A stretch of DNA of 64,000 nucleotides from Cycas panzhihuaensis (taxonomy: Eukaryota; Plantae; Cycadophyta), in contig CM041465.1 in NCBI GenBank assembly GCA_023213395.1, positions 220,479,741 through 220,543,740 of the forward strand, in the 5' to 3' direction. Numbering within the stretch: position 1 is the first letter of the stretch; each line of letters starts with the position of its first letter. The notes below the pieces were generated by a model. The model was given only the letters and a program-made list of their open reading frames with translations. It searched no databases and had not been told where the DNA came from. Below, in pieces: positions 49,901 to 64,000 of the stretch. Position numbers and translations under genes: made by a program.

Positions 49901-50026
49901 CTTCTAAGAGGTATCACCTAATAAGGGTTGTGACCCTTTGAATATCTCACACCCTTTTGATAATTACAATTAGTTAAACCATATTAACATTAACTAGTGG
50001 ATTAATAAACAACTGCCATGTTAATA
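43900..50026 (-). mobile_element. Complete degenerate Ty1/Copia element B: LTRs 43900-44210 and 49680-50026, PBS ~49668-49679, PPT 44211-44220, TSD AGACT
   Basis: The LTRs align; AGACT at 43895-43899 and 50027-50031; gag ~47658-48290, PROT Y*ILDSG ~47400, INT 46200-46800 (TPQQNGV), RT KKSLYGLKQAP..VYVDDL (44990-45415), RH GYIDVDYGG. Confidence 0.93.
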
Positions 50027-53000
50027 AGACTGTATAGGGGTTGGGGCAAGTTTACAGTTATTTCCCAGCCACTGGGAATGGGAAGGAGTGACATCTCTCA
50101 AGTAGGTACAGGTATGCATCCTTTATGGCACGATGAGATCTATTTATAGTTTCAGTGGCATGACATGGTTACATGGCTTGTTTCGTTACTTGGCTTGCTT
50201 GCCTAGTTCTTACCTATGATTGTGATTCAGCCTATGATGACTAGGACCATGATCCTATGGCACCACATAGCTCCTAGAAATGCCTTCCTAGAGTTCACAA
50301 GTACTCATGGGCCTCCACAACCCAACTTGACTCACTTCTAGCTCATTGTATGACCCATAGGGTGGGTTTTAGCTTGCTTGCTCATCAATATACCTTTTTC
50401 CACTGATATTAATACTTGGTCTTCACCCTTTTCACATATTAGGAAGCCCAAGCACCACCTAAGAGCCCCTAAAACAACCTTTTAGCCCATTGTTTCTTAT
50501 TTCTAAACCCCTCGGGCTTGGTTTTCTATATTAATTTTTAGTCATTTTTATTTTTCTCTTTATATTTCCTTATACATTTTAAACTTTGTGACACTACTTT
50601 AAACTTTATGGTACCATGAAGTTTGCCACTGGATGATTATACATTAATTACCACGGCCAAAAAATGGCCAAATTTACATTTATGGTGAATCTGACACATG
50701 GTTGAGGGTCTTTTCCCACAAAAACTAAACCCTAACGACTTCAAAAACCTAATTAGGACATAAAAACCTAATTTTGAACTTATTCGTACTCTCTTATGAT
50801 TAGAAAATGGATTTCCTCTCTTCTCTTCTCATTCCTTCTTCCACTTAGGTTTGACAGGGAAAAAACCCTAGTTTGTAGGCCTAAAAGAGGTATTCTTCAG
50901 TGAGATAATTCTCCTTTCAAGTTTAGTAATGTAATAATAGCTGATCTCTTATAGATTCAAGGCTCTTCCTCTCTCAAAAGGAACCAACTCCACTAAGAAA
51001 GCAGGGTTTTGGTTTCCATTCCCCTTGTTTGTGAGGTAACTTCCAATTTGTATGGTTTTTATAGCTAAAAACATGTTCCTTCATGCTTTCCTCTTCTGAA
51101 TACACCTATTTCATTGGATGTACCTTCTAGTACATGTTCTAGTATATATTTTGCTCCATTTTTGTTATACAAGGAGAGACAAAACCTCTTATTTCTCCTT
51201 ATTATTATTGTTCCATCCTAAGGTTTCCACTAGATAACATTGGAACGGGTTTTGGGTTAGTCTTAAGAAGGTGAAGGAAGGATGAACGACTGGAGTTCTG
51301 ACTCCTAACACCACTTCCTCTAGGGAAAGCCCCTACCTCTTAAGGTCCCTCTATACCATACTCGCTCGATAAGCTAGGGCATCCCATAGGGTATGATCTT
51401 TTCATATTTGTAATGTTTGCAATACTTGCAACATTTTTCCCATTACTAGTTTGTGCACATATTGCTTGCTACATACTGTTCTTGCACTTCCTTTCATAAC
51501 ATCTATGGTTTTTTGTAAGATTTACATCTTTTATAGCATTTATGGCTTCTACAAGATTTACAATTTTTATAGTATTAGTAGCTTTTGCAAGCCCTTGTGC
51601 CTCCTTTGTCCAAAACCCTTTATTTCCACCCAACTCACCCACACGGTACCTAGCCACCTAGAAGGTGTTTCATTCATAAGATCTAGCCATTAAGAGGTTA
51701 TCATCTCCTCCTCTTTTCAATGCCCTTTCCCTTTCCATGGTTGCATAAGAACGTTGGTGTATATAAGAAAAATAATATACTGATTATCATTTCTTTTTAT
51801 TGTAAGAAATAAACTTTCCTTCTCACTAAGGTGGATCATACACACATAGTTATATACATATAAATGTATGTATATGTCATTTGCTTGTAAGTGTTTGTAG
51901 GTATTTACCATAGCATGAGGTTGGTTGATCTCTTACGCAAGCAAGTGGCATCATCCCAAAAGGTATCATTCTCCTTTTTTTTTTACTTGTTTTTCTTGGG
52001 AGGTCCACCATTTCATTCCCACCTTTTTTTATTTTGCCCTCAAGCATTTTGGGGATTGTAAGTAAGCCCTACCTAGAGGACAAGGGGTAGGTAAGGCAAC
52101 CCCTCCTTTCATCTTCAATGGCTTTCATAACAACGGAAGTAGAAGCAACTTGTAGAAACATGGAGCAAGGAGAGGCAATGAGGGAGCATGTGGCCGTGAC
52201 ACCAATTTCCACACCTAGGTGCATACCTTCCTATGCACTCTTCTCTCCTCCTTATACATTTCCCCCCTTATCCCATTTGCTTAGTTCACCAAGGAAAAGT
52301 CCAAAGTTTCTTTATTTCCTTAAAATTGTTTTCCTTTATTACATTGCTTAAAAAGGTGGAGAAAAGTGAAATTGCATGCTTATAGTGCACACATATAGGG
52401 AACATTTATTGTCTTCTATTTCCCCCAATGGACACTATCCTCCACCTATCAAAGGGGAGGCCACCTACGCAAGGCACTCCCTCACATCCCATCCTTTATT
52501 TTTCCCTCTTCGTAATTCTTAGTTTGCATTGGATTCATTTGAAAGAATAAAGGAAGGCAGGAAACATAGATAGGAAGGGTTGTGCATTCACTGTATATGT
52601 TTATTGTTGCTCTTAATTGTTTCCTATTTATTTCCCTCTACAACTTTTGCATTGTGCCAAAGAGGAATGTCACTTCATTGATGACAAGATGTCCCTCTCA
52701 AAACCATATGAGTTTCTAAACTAAAAAATCCCTTAGTTCTCCTCGGTAACCCAAGAAGACTTTATAACCTCATAGCCTCGACATACTCATAACACTTCCA
52801 TCTCTTGCTTTATCACCAGCCCTTCCTTTTTTCGCTTGACCCCCTTTTCTAAAAGGAGGACTAGAATCTCTCCTTTCCCTACAAGGATAAGAGAGCTCAT
52901 TTCATTAGGATATCTAGCTATTCAAGAGCCCCTCTCTTTGCCCAAACTGAATCTAGGAAGGTTCTCACATAAAGGGAAATTCGTAAGCGCTATTTGCGAG

Positions 53001-53141
53001 TCCCCAAACCTGTGTTTTGATGCGTGAACTTCCTTAGAGGGTAACTTATCCTCCCCTTGAGGTTTTTAGGACCCTGTTGTAGTTATAGTATTGGCTTAGA
53101 AACTTTTATCCATAGTGACCCCCCTAGAGGTTCGCTTCCAC

Positions 53142-53159
53142 TAGCAACCATACTAGGGA
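53142..53159 (+). promoter_or_regulatory. Decayed tRNA-Arg-like PBS (TAGCAACCATACTAGGGA)
   Basis: Identical to the copy-1 PBS except three G->A changes; follows ...TTCCA-C. Confidence 0.78.
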
Positions 53160-53401
53160 CCTGCCAGTAAGAGACCATTGTAATTTCCCCCTTGTGTTAG
53201 TGTTGCCTTTCTCCTTTTGTCTATACCTTCTAGATTTGTTAGGAAACCCCCAACACCTTTTATTTTACTTATATCCTTGCCTCTTCTAAAGTTCTAGGTG
53301 ATATATAAATGCGATGATTTTCTCATCATTTACGAGGTCTCCCTCCCACTTCGGAAGAGTCTCCATATTCCTCCATTTCCTTGTTTGATTCTGAATCAAC
53401 T

Positions 53402-56400
53402 ATGAAGGGATATCCGTTGAAATGGGCATACGATGCCTAACCACAAACCTCAACCTCTTTCTAGGATCTTGCCCAAGAGGGTAATGACCCTAGATTCTAT
53501 TTGGATGATCAAGAACACTCATACCTCCACCATTTCCTCATGTATGACATGGGCATGCCATCCTCCATGGAGTATCACCACCCTAGTGAGAGTACCAATG
53601 GGGATCAACCTATGTGTTCCACCTCACATAAGGAGATTTCTACGTCATATGAGAAAGTGGGAACCCCTCCTGTAGATGTTGTAGAAGCATTTCAATAATG
53701 CTTCCAAACTATGAGCATCCAACTACCTCTAAAGTGGTTGGAAAGTATCCTTTATAGTATGGCACCTCCTTCTTCTTTATCTGCACCTCCTAGTTCTTCC
53801 CATTCCACACTTATGTCCATGACATGGCCACCTCCTACTGTTCCACCTTCTTCGCATATCCTTCACACCTAAGGGACTATCTAAGACATGCTTACCTCTC
53901 AAATTAGGTTGAGCATGCCTCTCCCTAATTAGGTAACCATGCCTTAACCAACTGTGATTCATGCCCCTCTTATATAACTTAGGGACCATGCAGGATCCCT
54001 CCTTGTGAGCCCCTAATCTCAACCAAGAGATTCTTCCTTTTACCTATCCCTAGGATATACATCCCAACCCTTGGGGCATGGAAAGGGGAATCCCCTTCTA
54101 GTCTATGGGGTGGATTCACTTCACCCATATGAAGTCACACCTCCTATAGGTATCTTATATGGGTAAAATCCCATCCTGCACCCTTTCTTTTCATCTTCAT
54201 ATACAACCTCATACATGATGCCTTTGTAAGGGGGATTTACCCCACCTTAAGGCCCTTTTTCTCATGCCCCCTCTCAGCAAGGGGCATGTCCTCAAGGGGG
54301 AGTGGGTCCCTCTTGCTCACTTACCTCCTTTTTGGCTTTCCCCGAAATGTAAATATTTTCCTCCCTCTAAATAGGAGGAAACTCATATCCTCCTCATACT
54401 TAAACTCCTCAAGAGGACTTGGGTATCTGCACCCACCTCCTTCTTCTTTTTTTACTGACCCATTAGCTTAACCAAGGGTTCACCCCTTCATTGACTATAT
54501 GTCAACTCCATTGTTTATTGAGGTGCTTGGGACTAACCTACTACCTCATCTACTTGAAGTACCTAGATTTGATGAGACCTTGTTGTAGGACCCAATTAAG
54601 CATGTCAAGAGCTTCTCCATGGCATACATCAACTATTGGGCCTATGACCATATCTTAATGAAACTCTTTCCTCATTCTTTATAAAGAGATGCCCTCAAGT
54701 GGTTCTATCATCTCCCCACCCATTCCATTCATTGTTTCCAATAGCTTGTGGATGGATTTGTTAGTTATTTTGATGTAGCTCATCCATTTGAGAGTGGGAT
54801 CAAAGCCCTACTCTCCCTCAAGTAAGGTCACAATGAAATGAATCATGACTTTGTGAGACATTTTCAGGACCTTCTTCACTCCACAAAGGCCATGTTACTT
54901 GAGGAGTTAAAGAGGGACCTCTCAGTAAATGCCCTTTACCCCAAAGTCCATGTTGAAGTCCTCAAAATAGGGGCAATAATATGCAATTCTATCATAGCTA
55001 AGTGATTGATGCTAGAGGCCATTGAGATCCTGATAGGTCTCAAGAAGCCTTTTAAGTCATCACAAAGATGCGAGGCACCCCCTTTATTGTGCAACCAACA
55101 ATCCCAACAACTCCCAAGGCCTTCTACCCCCCTTAATAGAGAAGACCTTAGATCCATTAACTTCAACTATACATTCATTTGAATGTATGATCAAGGATCT
55201 CAAGTGCTAACCCCCCCTCCATCACCTTCAGATTCTCATAGACATGTCCATTAGGCCTCTTAAGATGCACCTCCCAAAAATAGAAATACCCACTCTTCTT
55301 AAACTAGGAAGACTAGACCTTCCTTGGATAAGAAGTGGTACTCTGTTCATAGTGAGTGCTTCTATGAGCACTTGTAATGTTAGGTGCAACATCCAGAACT
55401 TGCCCCACCTCATGACTCTTCCCCTAGGTAGGCATCTAAGCTTAATTTAGACCAACTCGTCCACTATGATCCCTTTCCCAAACATGGTGAATGGCACCAA
55501 CATACCTAAAATAGGGGGAATAAGAATAAGGGATGATCCCCTAACCCCTCTTCTATGTAAGTGAAAGGAAAGGGGTTAAGGAACTCATCTTCTCCTTCTA
55601 GTTCCTACTCTCAAGCCTTTCCATCCTCTCAATCCTACAATAAGGGAAAGAGAATTATTCAGATGCTTGAAACCACTCCTTTGTGAACTGCCATGAGATC
55701 TCAAGTAGCCAAGGAGGCCATTAGGGCCTCATCTTCTCAATAAAATCTTTCTATAGATAATCCACCTTCTAAAATTGTGTAGTTCCCAACACCGTTCTCG
55801 TCTGCTTAGGTCATTATGATTTTTGAAGGGCACTTCCCCAACCTACTGGGAAGGGGAAATCCTTTTCAATTGTTGACGAGCTCCATACCATAGTTGCCAA
55901 GATATCTATGATGGATGTCTTATAGATTTGCCTTGAGTAGTGCACTCTTCTCCTTGAGGTTTTAGGTATAGCTAATGCTCCTATCTATGCTTTGGGTGCC
56001 ACCCTAAACTAGGAGCCTCTCATCATCATTGATCTTAAAGACCCCCCCTAGATAGTGAAAGGGAGCACCAGTGGCACTATCCCTTCACTATCTCCATTGA
56101 CACTCCAGAATGTAGTCTTAGAAGAATAGTTGTAGATAATGGTTCTTTCTTCAACGTTATATGCTTACGTATAATGCAAGAGCTAGGTATAGTGACTCTT
56201 GAGCTGGTCCCATGGTGTTACTAAGGCTACGATGGTAGTGAAAAGACACCCTTGAAATTAGTCTATACTCTCCTCACCCTCAAGGACAAAAGTGTCCTCG
56301 CAAACATAGTAATCCTCGATGTAGACATGGACTATAACCTCTTGTTGGGATGCCCATGATTTGACCAGATGGGAGTCATGTGGTTGTCCTATTTGGGGTA

Positions 56401-59400
56401 ACTAAAGTTTGTCCACGAAGGGTGAATGAAGGTTGTTTCTTAGAAGCCTCCTCCCACTTGATCATTGCATCAATGTTGTTAGGTGGCTCACGACCAAGCG
56501 AGGGGCAGCAAGGACCCATCTGCCTATGCCTCCACATGTATGATCGATGTCCCTAGCACCTCTAAATCAGAGAGAGGGGCCTCCTCTTCCTCCTCGAACC
56601 TCATCTGGTTTGCTCCCATTGGTGTTGGGAGTTATAGATACCTCACCATTCTAAATGACCATAAGTCCAATGATGAGGACGAGGAGCCACCTCATCCTAT
56701 ATCTCTCCTTAGCATCTGTAGAGGGCACTCTCTTCATCATCCATCTAGTCCTGAGTCCTAGCCCAGGACCTTTTTAGAGGAGCATAACACTCCCATGGAA
56801 TTTAGGGAATCATGCATGGTTACTCCTACCACTTGCATGGGCTCCTGTACTTCTTCATCTTCATCTACTCCCCACACCTCATCGTCCTCCATAGACAATA
56901 AGGGTAGGAAGCCTCCTATTCCATGACATAGGAGGATACCTTCTGACTCTTATGAGTGTCCCTAGATTACATGGAGTGATGGGTTGACCATTACGATCCC
57001 ATTGCTCCTCCTTCCCCCCATTCGTCATCTCCCTTAAGCAAGACTATCCATGGGATAGATTACTTTGAGAACAATGAGGCTCTATTAGAGTATCTAGTGG
57101 GATCTGTACCCAACCTCTCTTTTAGTCACCATAAACTTGGTTTTTAGAAAAGCTTAGCCTTAGGGTCACCCTAGTTGACCCAGATCAGTTTAGTACTCTC
57201 CTACCTCCTTCCATTGACCAAGCACCCCTCTACTTTAAAGAAGGGAATGCCATGTGTATGGGGGCAATCAAGGATATCATCCTTGCCCTTAGTAAGGTCA
57301 TAAAGATAAGAGTGGAGTGTTCATCTAAAGAAGTGGATGAATATACCTTCCTTTTCTAGGAGTTTTGCAACATCTTTGTATGGGATTATTTAGAAATGAA
57401 GGGAATAGATCCCTCTATTGTTATCCATAACCTCAAAACTATCCCAGGCACCTACCTCGTGTGATAAAATAGCACCCTCTCCATCCTAAATTGTCTATTG
57501 TAGTAAAAATGGAAGTGGAAAATCTCCTAGATGTAGGACTAATCACTTCCATTGATTACCCTAAGTGGGTATCCAATATCATTCCCATCTCCAAGAAGAA
57601 TAGGATGATCCATATTTGCATAGATTTCTAAGACATAAGAAATGCCTATCCCACAGATAACTTTCATTTACTATTTATTGATCAGATCATCAATCAGATA
57701 ATTGGTTTTAAAGTCATGTCCTTGATGGATCGCTTCTCTGGGTATAACCAAATATAAATATCTCCTAAAGATCATCACAAGATAGCCTTCACGACCCCAT
57801 GGAGCATGTTTGCCTATAAGGCAATGCCCTTTGGACTAAAGAATACAACTGCTACTTATCAAAGGGCAATGCACTTTGTTTTCCATGACCTCATAAATAA
57901 GACTCTTGAGGTTTTTATGGATAACATGATGGGCCTCTCTTGTAAGAAAACCCACCACCCTGAGGATTTGTGCACTATCTTTACACAATACCACAAATAC
58001 CATATTAGTTTAAACCCACTCAAATGTATGTTTTCCATGACAGTTGGGAAGCTTTTAGTTTTTCTTATCTCCAAACAAGGGATCCAAATTGACCCCAACA
58101 AGGTCATATCCTTTCTTGACATGCCCCTACCTAAAATATAATGCCAAATTAAGTCATTTTTGGGCAAGCTAGGTTTCCTTAGGCATTTCTTGGCAGACTT
58201 TGCCATAAATACCAAACCTCTAACTAACTTGCTAAAGAAGAAGGCCCCATTTGTATGGTTTACCAAAGCCCAGGAAATATTCCAAGAGCTCAAAATAGCC
58301 TTAGCCTCTGCCCCAATCCTAGCATTCCCCATCTTTGATTACCTATTTATTCTTTATACCTTAGCCACTGATGATTCCTTGGGAGCCATGCTTGCCCAAG
58401 AAGATGATTAAGGGACCAAGTGTACCATATATTTCATCAGTTGCACATTAGTTGCAACTAATCTTAACTACCCTCTTGCCAAAAAGGAATGCCTATCCTT
58501 GGTCCACATAACTAAGAAGTTCATACATTACCTTCTTAGGAGTACCACTCACATGATCATCCAATCTGACCCATTGAGGTAGCTTTTAACTTGGTCTAAC
58601 TTGACTGGAAGGACAGGTAAATAGGCCATCATCCTTCAAGAATACAACCTCAAAATTATTAACAAAAAAATAAAGAAAGGAATGGTGGTTACTAAACAAT
58701 TAGCCGATGCCTCCATTCCTAACCCTTTAAACCTTCCAGTTGATGATTCTTTACCTGATGAGCCTATCCTGACCATTCAAGACTCGTCACCCCATCCACT
58801 AGCTAATAGTGAATGGTATAGAGATATTGTGCAATATCTTACCCAACAATAATACCCCCTTAATGCTAGCGACAAGGTAAAGTTGCATGTTAGGGCTATA
58901 GTTAGGCAATATTTTCTCATAAAGGAAGTATTATATAAGAGATCCTTTGATGGGATTCTCCTTCCATGCATCAATCCTAATGAAGTAAACTAAATCCTAT
59001 GTAAGTGTCACAGTGGCATTTGTGGAGGCCATTTTAGGGGCTAATCCATGGCCCAGAGGATCTTCGCATGGGCTACTACTAGCCATCCCTCTTCAAGGAA
59101 ACCCATGCTTATGTGTAGCATTATCAAAGGTGCCAAGAGTATGCTAATGTCATCTAGTCATCTTCTAAGGCCCTACATCCTATCATTTCCCTATGGCCTT
59201 TTTCCCAATAGGGATTAGACCTTATTAGAGCTATAACTAGACCCTCGTCATCGTAACATAAGTTTATCTTAACCATGATATAATACTTTACCAAATGGGT
59301 TGAAGCAATCCTACTCTTATCTACTACTAGCAAGACCATTTCCATCTTTATCTATCAACACATTATCTATCAATTTGGGATCCCAAACATCCTGATCACG

Positions 59401-60057
59401 GATAATAGCACACTGTTTTGCAATAAGGAGATGGATGAACTTTGTAAGAAGTTTAAGATTTCTCAAAAGACCTCCTCTCCTTATTACCCCTAGGCCAATG
59501 GCCAAATTAAATCATTCAACAAAGTCCTTATTAATATTCTAAAGAAAATGATTACCCAATCCCAAAGGGATTGACACCTTTAGCTCCATTCTGCCCTTTG
59601 GGCTTATTATACTTCCATTTACACTGTGACAAAGATGACCTTATTCTCCCTTATGTATGGGACTAAAGTAGTCTTCCCTTTGGAAGTTGAGATCCCTTCC
59701 TTACAAGTCTCTCTTCGAGGTCTTGTTGATGAGGAATCATGTCACCAGGCCTGCCTCCTTAATCTCGAAACCTTGGATGAGAAACGCTTGATGGCTTATC
59801 AAGTAAACCTTGCCTTTAAGGTTAGGGCATGAAAAACATACAACAAACATCTGTGTCCTTGTCCTCTAAACCTTAGGGACCACGTCCTCAAACTCAAATA
59901 CCTCCATGATCATTTATCCAAGTTTGGGCCCAAATGAGTTGGCCCCTTTATCATTCTCGAGAGCCTTGATAATGGCGCATATAGGATAGCGACATTAGAG
60001 GGTCTTGAATTTAAGAAAGTCATAAATGATAAATTCCTAAAGAAATTTTATGTATAG
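53402..60057 (+). pseudogene. gag-pol: gag-pol of Tat-like copy 2
   Basis: LMKLFPHSL..DALKWF, VVDNGS, AYKAMPFGLKN..ATYQRAM, FMDN, LGAMLAQEDD, CHSGICGGHF, LEVEIPSL, FLKKFYV*; many TAG/TAA stops. Confidence 0.93.
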
Positions 60058-60118
60058 TCCTTTCTACTCCCAAGTATAATAGTGACACTCTCTTTTTCCA
60101 TGAAATGAGCCTAAACTA

Positions 60119-60176
60119 CCACTCTAAGCATATAATTGTTTCTACTAGTCAAAGTTGCAATGATTGTTTGGAGTGG
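60119..60176 (+). other. 58-nt stem-loop after the pol stop (counterpart of 2590-2646)
   Basis: CCACUCUAAGCA pairs with UGUUUGGAGUGG; preceded by the same GAAATGAGCCTAAACTA. Confidence 0.6.
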
Positions 60177-60718
60177 CTCCCTATCCTCTTGATTTTTATT
60201 ATTTTAGTATTGTATATCTTTGTCTCATTTTTTAGGGAGACCTTCCCTTTCCCTAGTTAGGTGAGTGAACCCCATTTGCTTTCAAGCATGGGGTCACCTC
60301 CTAACCTAGGCATTCCTTTTGTTTGGGTATCTATACCCCCTTTTATGGCTACTTCCTTAGTGAGGCCACATTGTTCCTCCTAAGAAAAATATGTGGCACC
60401 CCACCTATTCCCATACATAATCGTCCACTACATGTATGGTGATCATGTATGCCTAGTGTATGTGTGGAAGAGTCATGTTAAAGGAAGCATATCAGAATCA
60501 TCTATATATAATACAGTCAAAACTATAATATAACAATAAAATTAAGCTATCTAGGTGCATAATCCCTTGTGCATCCGCGTACTCATATCCATGCATATCC
60601 ATACCCATTTCTATCTATAATCATAAACAAAATAACCACATCATAAACATAGCAAACAACATCATGGATATAATGAACAATATCATCATACATCAAAATA
60701 GGGCACCAATGTATCCCC

Positions 60719-60872
<154 letters not shown>

Positions 60873-61034
60873 ATCATATGGTATATCATGATTAGTATGG
60901 TACATCATCTCAGCAATGTGCCCTAGGAAGCCATAATATTTATAGGGAGGAGTACAATCATATATCCAGATGTGATAAAGAAACTCCTTGGAGGTTCAAA
61001 TCTTTCTTGTCAAAATCTATAATACAAAAATCTC

Positions 61035-63030
61035 CTAGATGCCCTACCCTCATGGGGTGGCATCCCCTCCCCTACTTGATCCCTCGCTAGGGGACCACAT
61101 CCCTCCTAGGCTCCTTTAATATCTCTATGAGGTCCTAGCCTTACTGTACTCATCTTATGTCCTCTACTAGGTCATGGTTGTTGTGTGTGTCCTACTGTAT
61201 GATGACCTAGTAGCCATCTAGTTGACCAGATGGTCGTATTGCTCTTGTAAGTAGTCTCTCTTGACTAAGACATGATCCCTCTTGATCGTTAAGCGATCTC
61301 ACTCCCTCTCCACTCTGTGGAGCCTCTCATCTAGTACAATGACCTATACCTGGCTCATGGCATCACCTCCTACCCCTCATGGCTGAGTCTTCAGCCCTTG
61401 CACCTTGCCTTGCAATAAGTCCCTCTCTTCCAACAATTGATCCCTCTTTACCTGTAGGCCATCTTGAGCATGTTATAGGTGGCTCATCCTCACCTAGAGC
61501 TCCTAAGGCTCTACTGCCTATATGTCTCATGCTCGTATCAAATGGGTGAATTCCATTGTGTGTGGCCTCATTGATCGAGGCTCCTCACTCTCCATAAGGG
61601 GAGGTTGTCCCTTCTCATACACTCATGGGAATAACTCATAGACTATTGCCTCTATCAACCTCACCATCTCAACACCACTTGCCAAACCATGTACACCATA
61701 TATTAGTCCAAAAAATATATAAAAGCATCAAAACATATAAGCATAAGTATCTAAGGAAGCAGTAAATAATCAAATGAAAGCTAAAGCTAGAATCAATGGG
61801 CGAAATCTCATCTCTAGGATGACTAGTTCCTCCCCTCGCATGATCTCCTTATTTATTACTCCCTCAATGGCTGCCTCTACCTCCTTGACCCTGGCACTAC
61901 CTCCTCACCCTCCTTATGATCTATTAGGATATCTCCTCCCTCTGCACCCTCATCTCTAGGGATCTCTCTCTCTGCAACTATCACTATTTCTACTACTGCC
62001 ACCATAGCCACTACTGCCGCTAGGAATCTATCAGCAAATCCCCCTCCTACCTCAACACCTCTTGTTGGCTCTGTCATAGCACCCCTATCACCTCCATCCT
62101 CATCTCTACCATCCTCTAGATAATCCCCTAGCTTTCCTGCCTCCTCATCACTCTCCTAGTGGATTGCTCGATATGGGTCTACTAGTTAGTCACTAAGTGT
62201 GAGAAGGTCTAGTGAGGTGGCTGCTATGGAGTGTCAAACATGCAACTAGTCCTCAATACCCCTAAAATGTGTTTTCCATCAATGTATTATAGGTGCTCTA
62301 GTAGATATAGGGTGGGGTCCTCCTATTGGGCCACTCCTCTAAAATGATTAAAAAACTCTAGCAGATATAGGGTGGGGTCCTCCTACTGGGTCCACACCTC
62401 TAAAATGATAAAAAATCTAATACTACAGTAGCATATAGTATGAGAAACCACCCATTTTGACCATCCTGATCTAGTCCAGTTGAGCCACTACATTAACTAC
62501 TATCAATGCAGCCCAGTCGAATCTCTCTCATGCCTCACACCTCCATATGGTGGTCATCCAACCCCCAGGAATATCTTTGTAATTCTGTTTCTAGGAAATC
62601 CAAAATAGAATAGCTAATTTGATGAATTTCCTCACCTAAGGAACTCTTGATAGAACCAAAGCCTACATTAACACTCCTTTGCAGTCCCATTTTCTCCTTC
62701 CAATAAGGAATCTGGTTGCCTCTTGATGGATAGTATCCGTGCTAGGCAAAGTACTCAAAGAAGTTAGTGTACTCTTTATTGGCACCCTGGGTATCCTTTG
62801 GATGTCCTCCAGAGTGATGGAGACATCCTCCACCTATGGGAGATGAAAAATGTACTCCCTCCTATCCTAGTCAACTAGCAACCTCTAATCAGATATATAC
62901 CAAGGTGTCTTGATCACCTTCAACAGCCCATAGTGTTGTAATATACCTCTCTCCTACTGGCTCATTATCTCTATGAAACTGATCATAGCTATCCCTATAT
63001 TCTCATGGTTATCAACCACAAGAACTACTT
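61035..63030 (-). pseudogene. Antisense PMD + coiled-coil gene of Tat-like copy 2, intron 61679-61811
   Basis: VVDNHENIGIAMISFIEIM...GLLKVIKTP; IFHLP*VEDVSITLEDIQRIPRVPI; EMVRLIEAIVYELFP*VYEKGQPP; GGMWSP. Confidence 0.8.
62296..62419 (+). repeat. ~60-bp tandem duplication inside PMD copy 2
   Basis: CTCTAG.AGATATAGGGTGGGGTCCTCCTA.TGGG...TAAAATGAT occurs twice. Confidence 0.9.
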
Positions 63031-64000
63031 GCAAATAGTCATAAACCATCAGTCAGTCTATCATGACCTAGTTACCAAGTCATATCCCTCTCTCTAGGTG
63101 ACCTAGGTTAGCTTAAACTAGGCCAAACTTCCCAAATAAGAAATTTTTTTTCCCCCTTATTTTATCTCCACCCTATGTCAATATCTATGGTACCGTAGAT
63201 ATTAATGCAAGTCCCACTGAGATTTTCTTAACTCTTAGCGAGTCCTGTTGTAAACTTTGTAGCACCACAAAAAATACTGCAGGGCTGTGGATACCCCCCC
63301 TTAAAAGGGGGGAGGGGGGTGGCCCTAAAAAAGCAAAAAATTTATTTTAGTGGAACTAACTTGGTCTATTAGGACCAAGGCTGCCTAATGCCTTGGTCCT
63401 TCCCCTCCCTGGGCCTTTAATGAGCTCTAGGGGGTCCCCATGACCCTTATGGGGCCCAAATTTATAATAAATAAGTATTAAAATTAAATAGCTAAAAATT
63501 AGAGCTAAAGTTAGGATCCACTCACTAAATCTAGTCTAATCACTACCATTTCTCCATCTAGTCCCAACGACTATCTCCTCGTCAGGATCTAATGGTTGGA
63601 TCTCCCACAATGCACCTATGAAGGGTAGTGAAGCCTGGATGCTTAAACAAAAGGGCTCCAGATCACACCAGAGGCCCACGAAAAGGAAATCCACTTTCGC
63701 CTCCTCGCCCCTTTTATTTGTAGGGCCTTCTGAGGCATCTCCTTTATTTTATCTAATGAGACAGCCCTTAGGACTCATTTTTTACCCCTATTTTTCTTTC
63801 CTTTAGGGACTAACCCTTGTTTTGCCCCTAATACTTCCTATTTAAACCTTTTGCGTATTTATAGTGAGTTGCTTCAACTAACTGGAGGCCTACCATCTTG
63901 ATTTTTGAGCCTCTCTAAAACATGCTTGTGTTTATACTCCATTGGCTCATTTTGGCATTTTAGATCCATTTTTGCTATCTGTTCAAGTGCCCAAGGCCCT

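Noticed and set aside
63303-63320. Terminal PPT of Tat copy 2
   Set aside because: The downstream sequence does not match the start of the 5' LTR (50053 onward), so the 3' LTR has not begun.

Overview
Plant nuclear DNA made almost entirely of nested LTR retrotransposons. The heavy CG/CHG C->T decay, the element types and the RLK tail suggest a large-genome gymnosperm, but that is inference. Contents: (i) two related Tat-like Ty3/Gypsy elements, a GC/CpG-rich but indel-ridden copy (1-12007, minus) and a strongly deaminated copy (~50053-64000, plus); (ii) four Ty1/Copia elements or fragments, one complete with an AGACT target-site duplication (TSD); (iii) a CRM-like chromovirus; (iv) a 3.9-kb non-autonomous LTR element with a TTAAG TSD; (v) an Athila/Phygy-like pol remnant; (vi) one host gene, an LRR-XII (FLS2/EFR/Xa21-like) receptor-kinase pseudogene with a nonsense codon and a deletion of its TM and kinase, preceded by a ~290-bp tandem array. 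Most interesting: three diverged copies of an antisense, intron-containing Plant-Mobile-Domain (PMD) + acidic linker + coiled-coil gene carried by Gypsy elements, with the intron at the same position in all three, and a strand-specific, covarying RNA hairpin just behind the pol stop of both Tat-like copies. All alignments were done by eye, so boundaries of decayed features are approximate.
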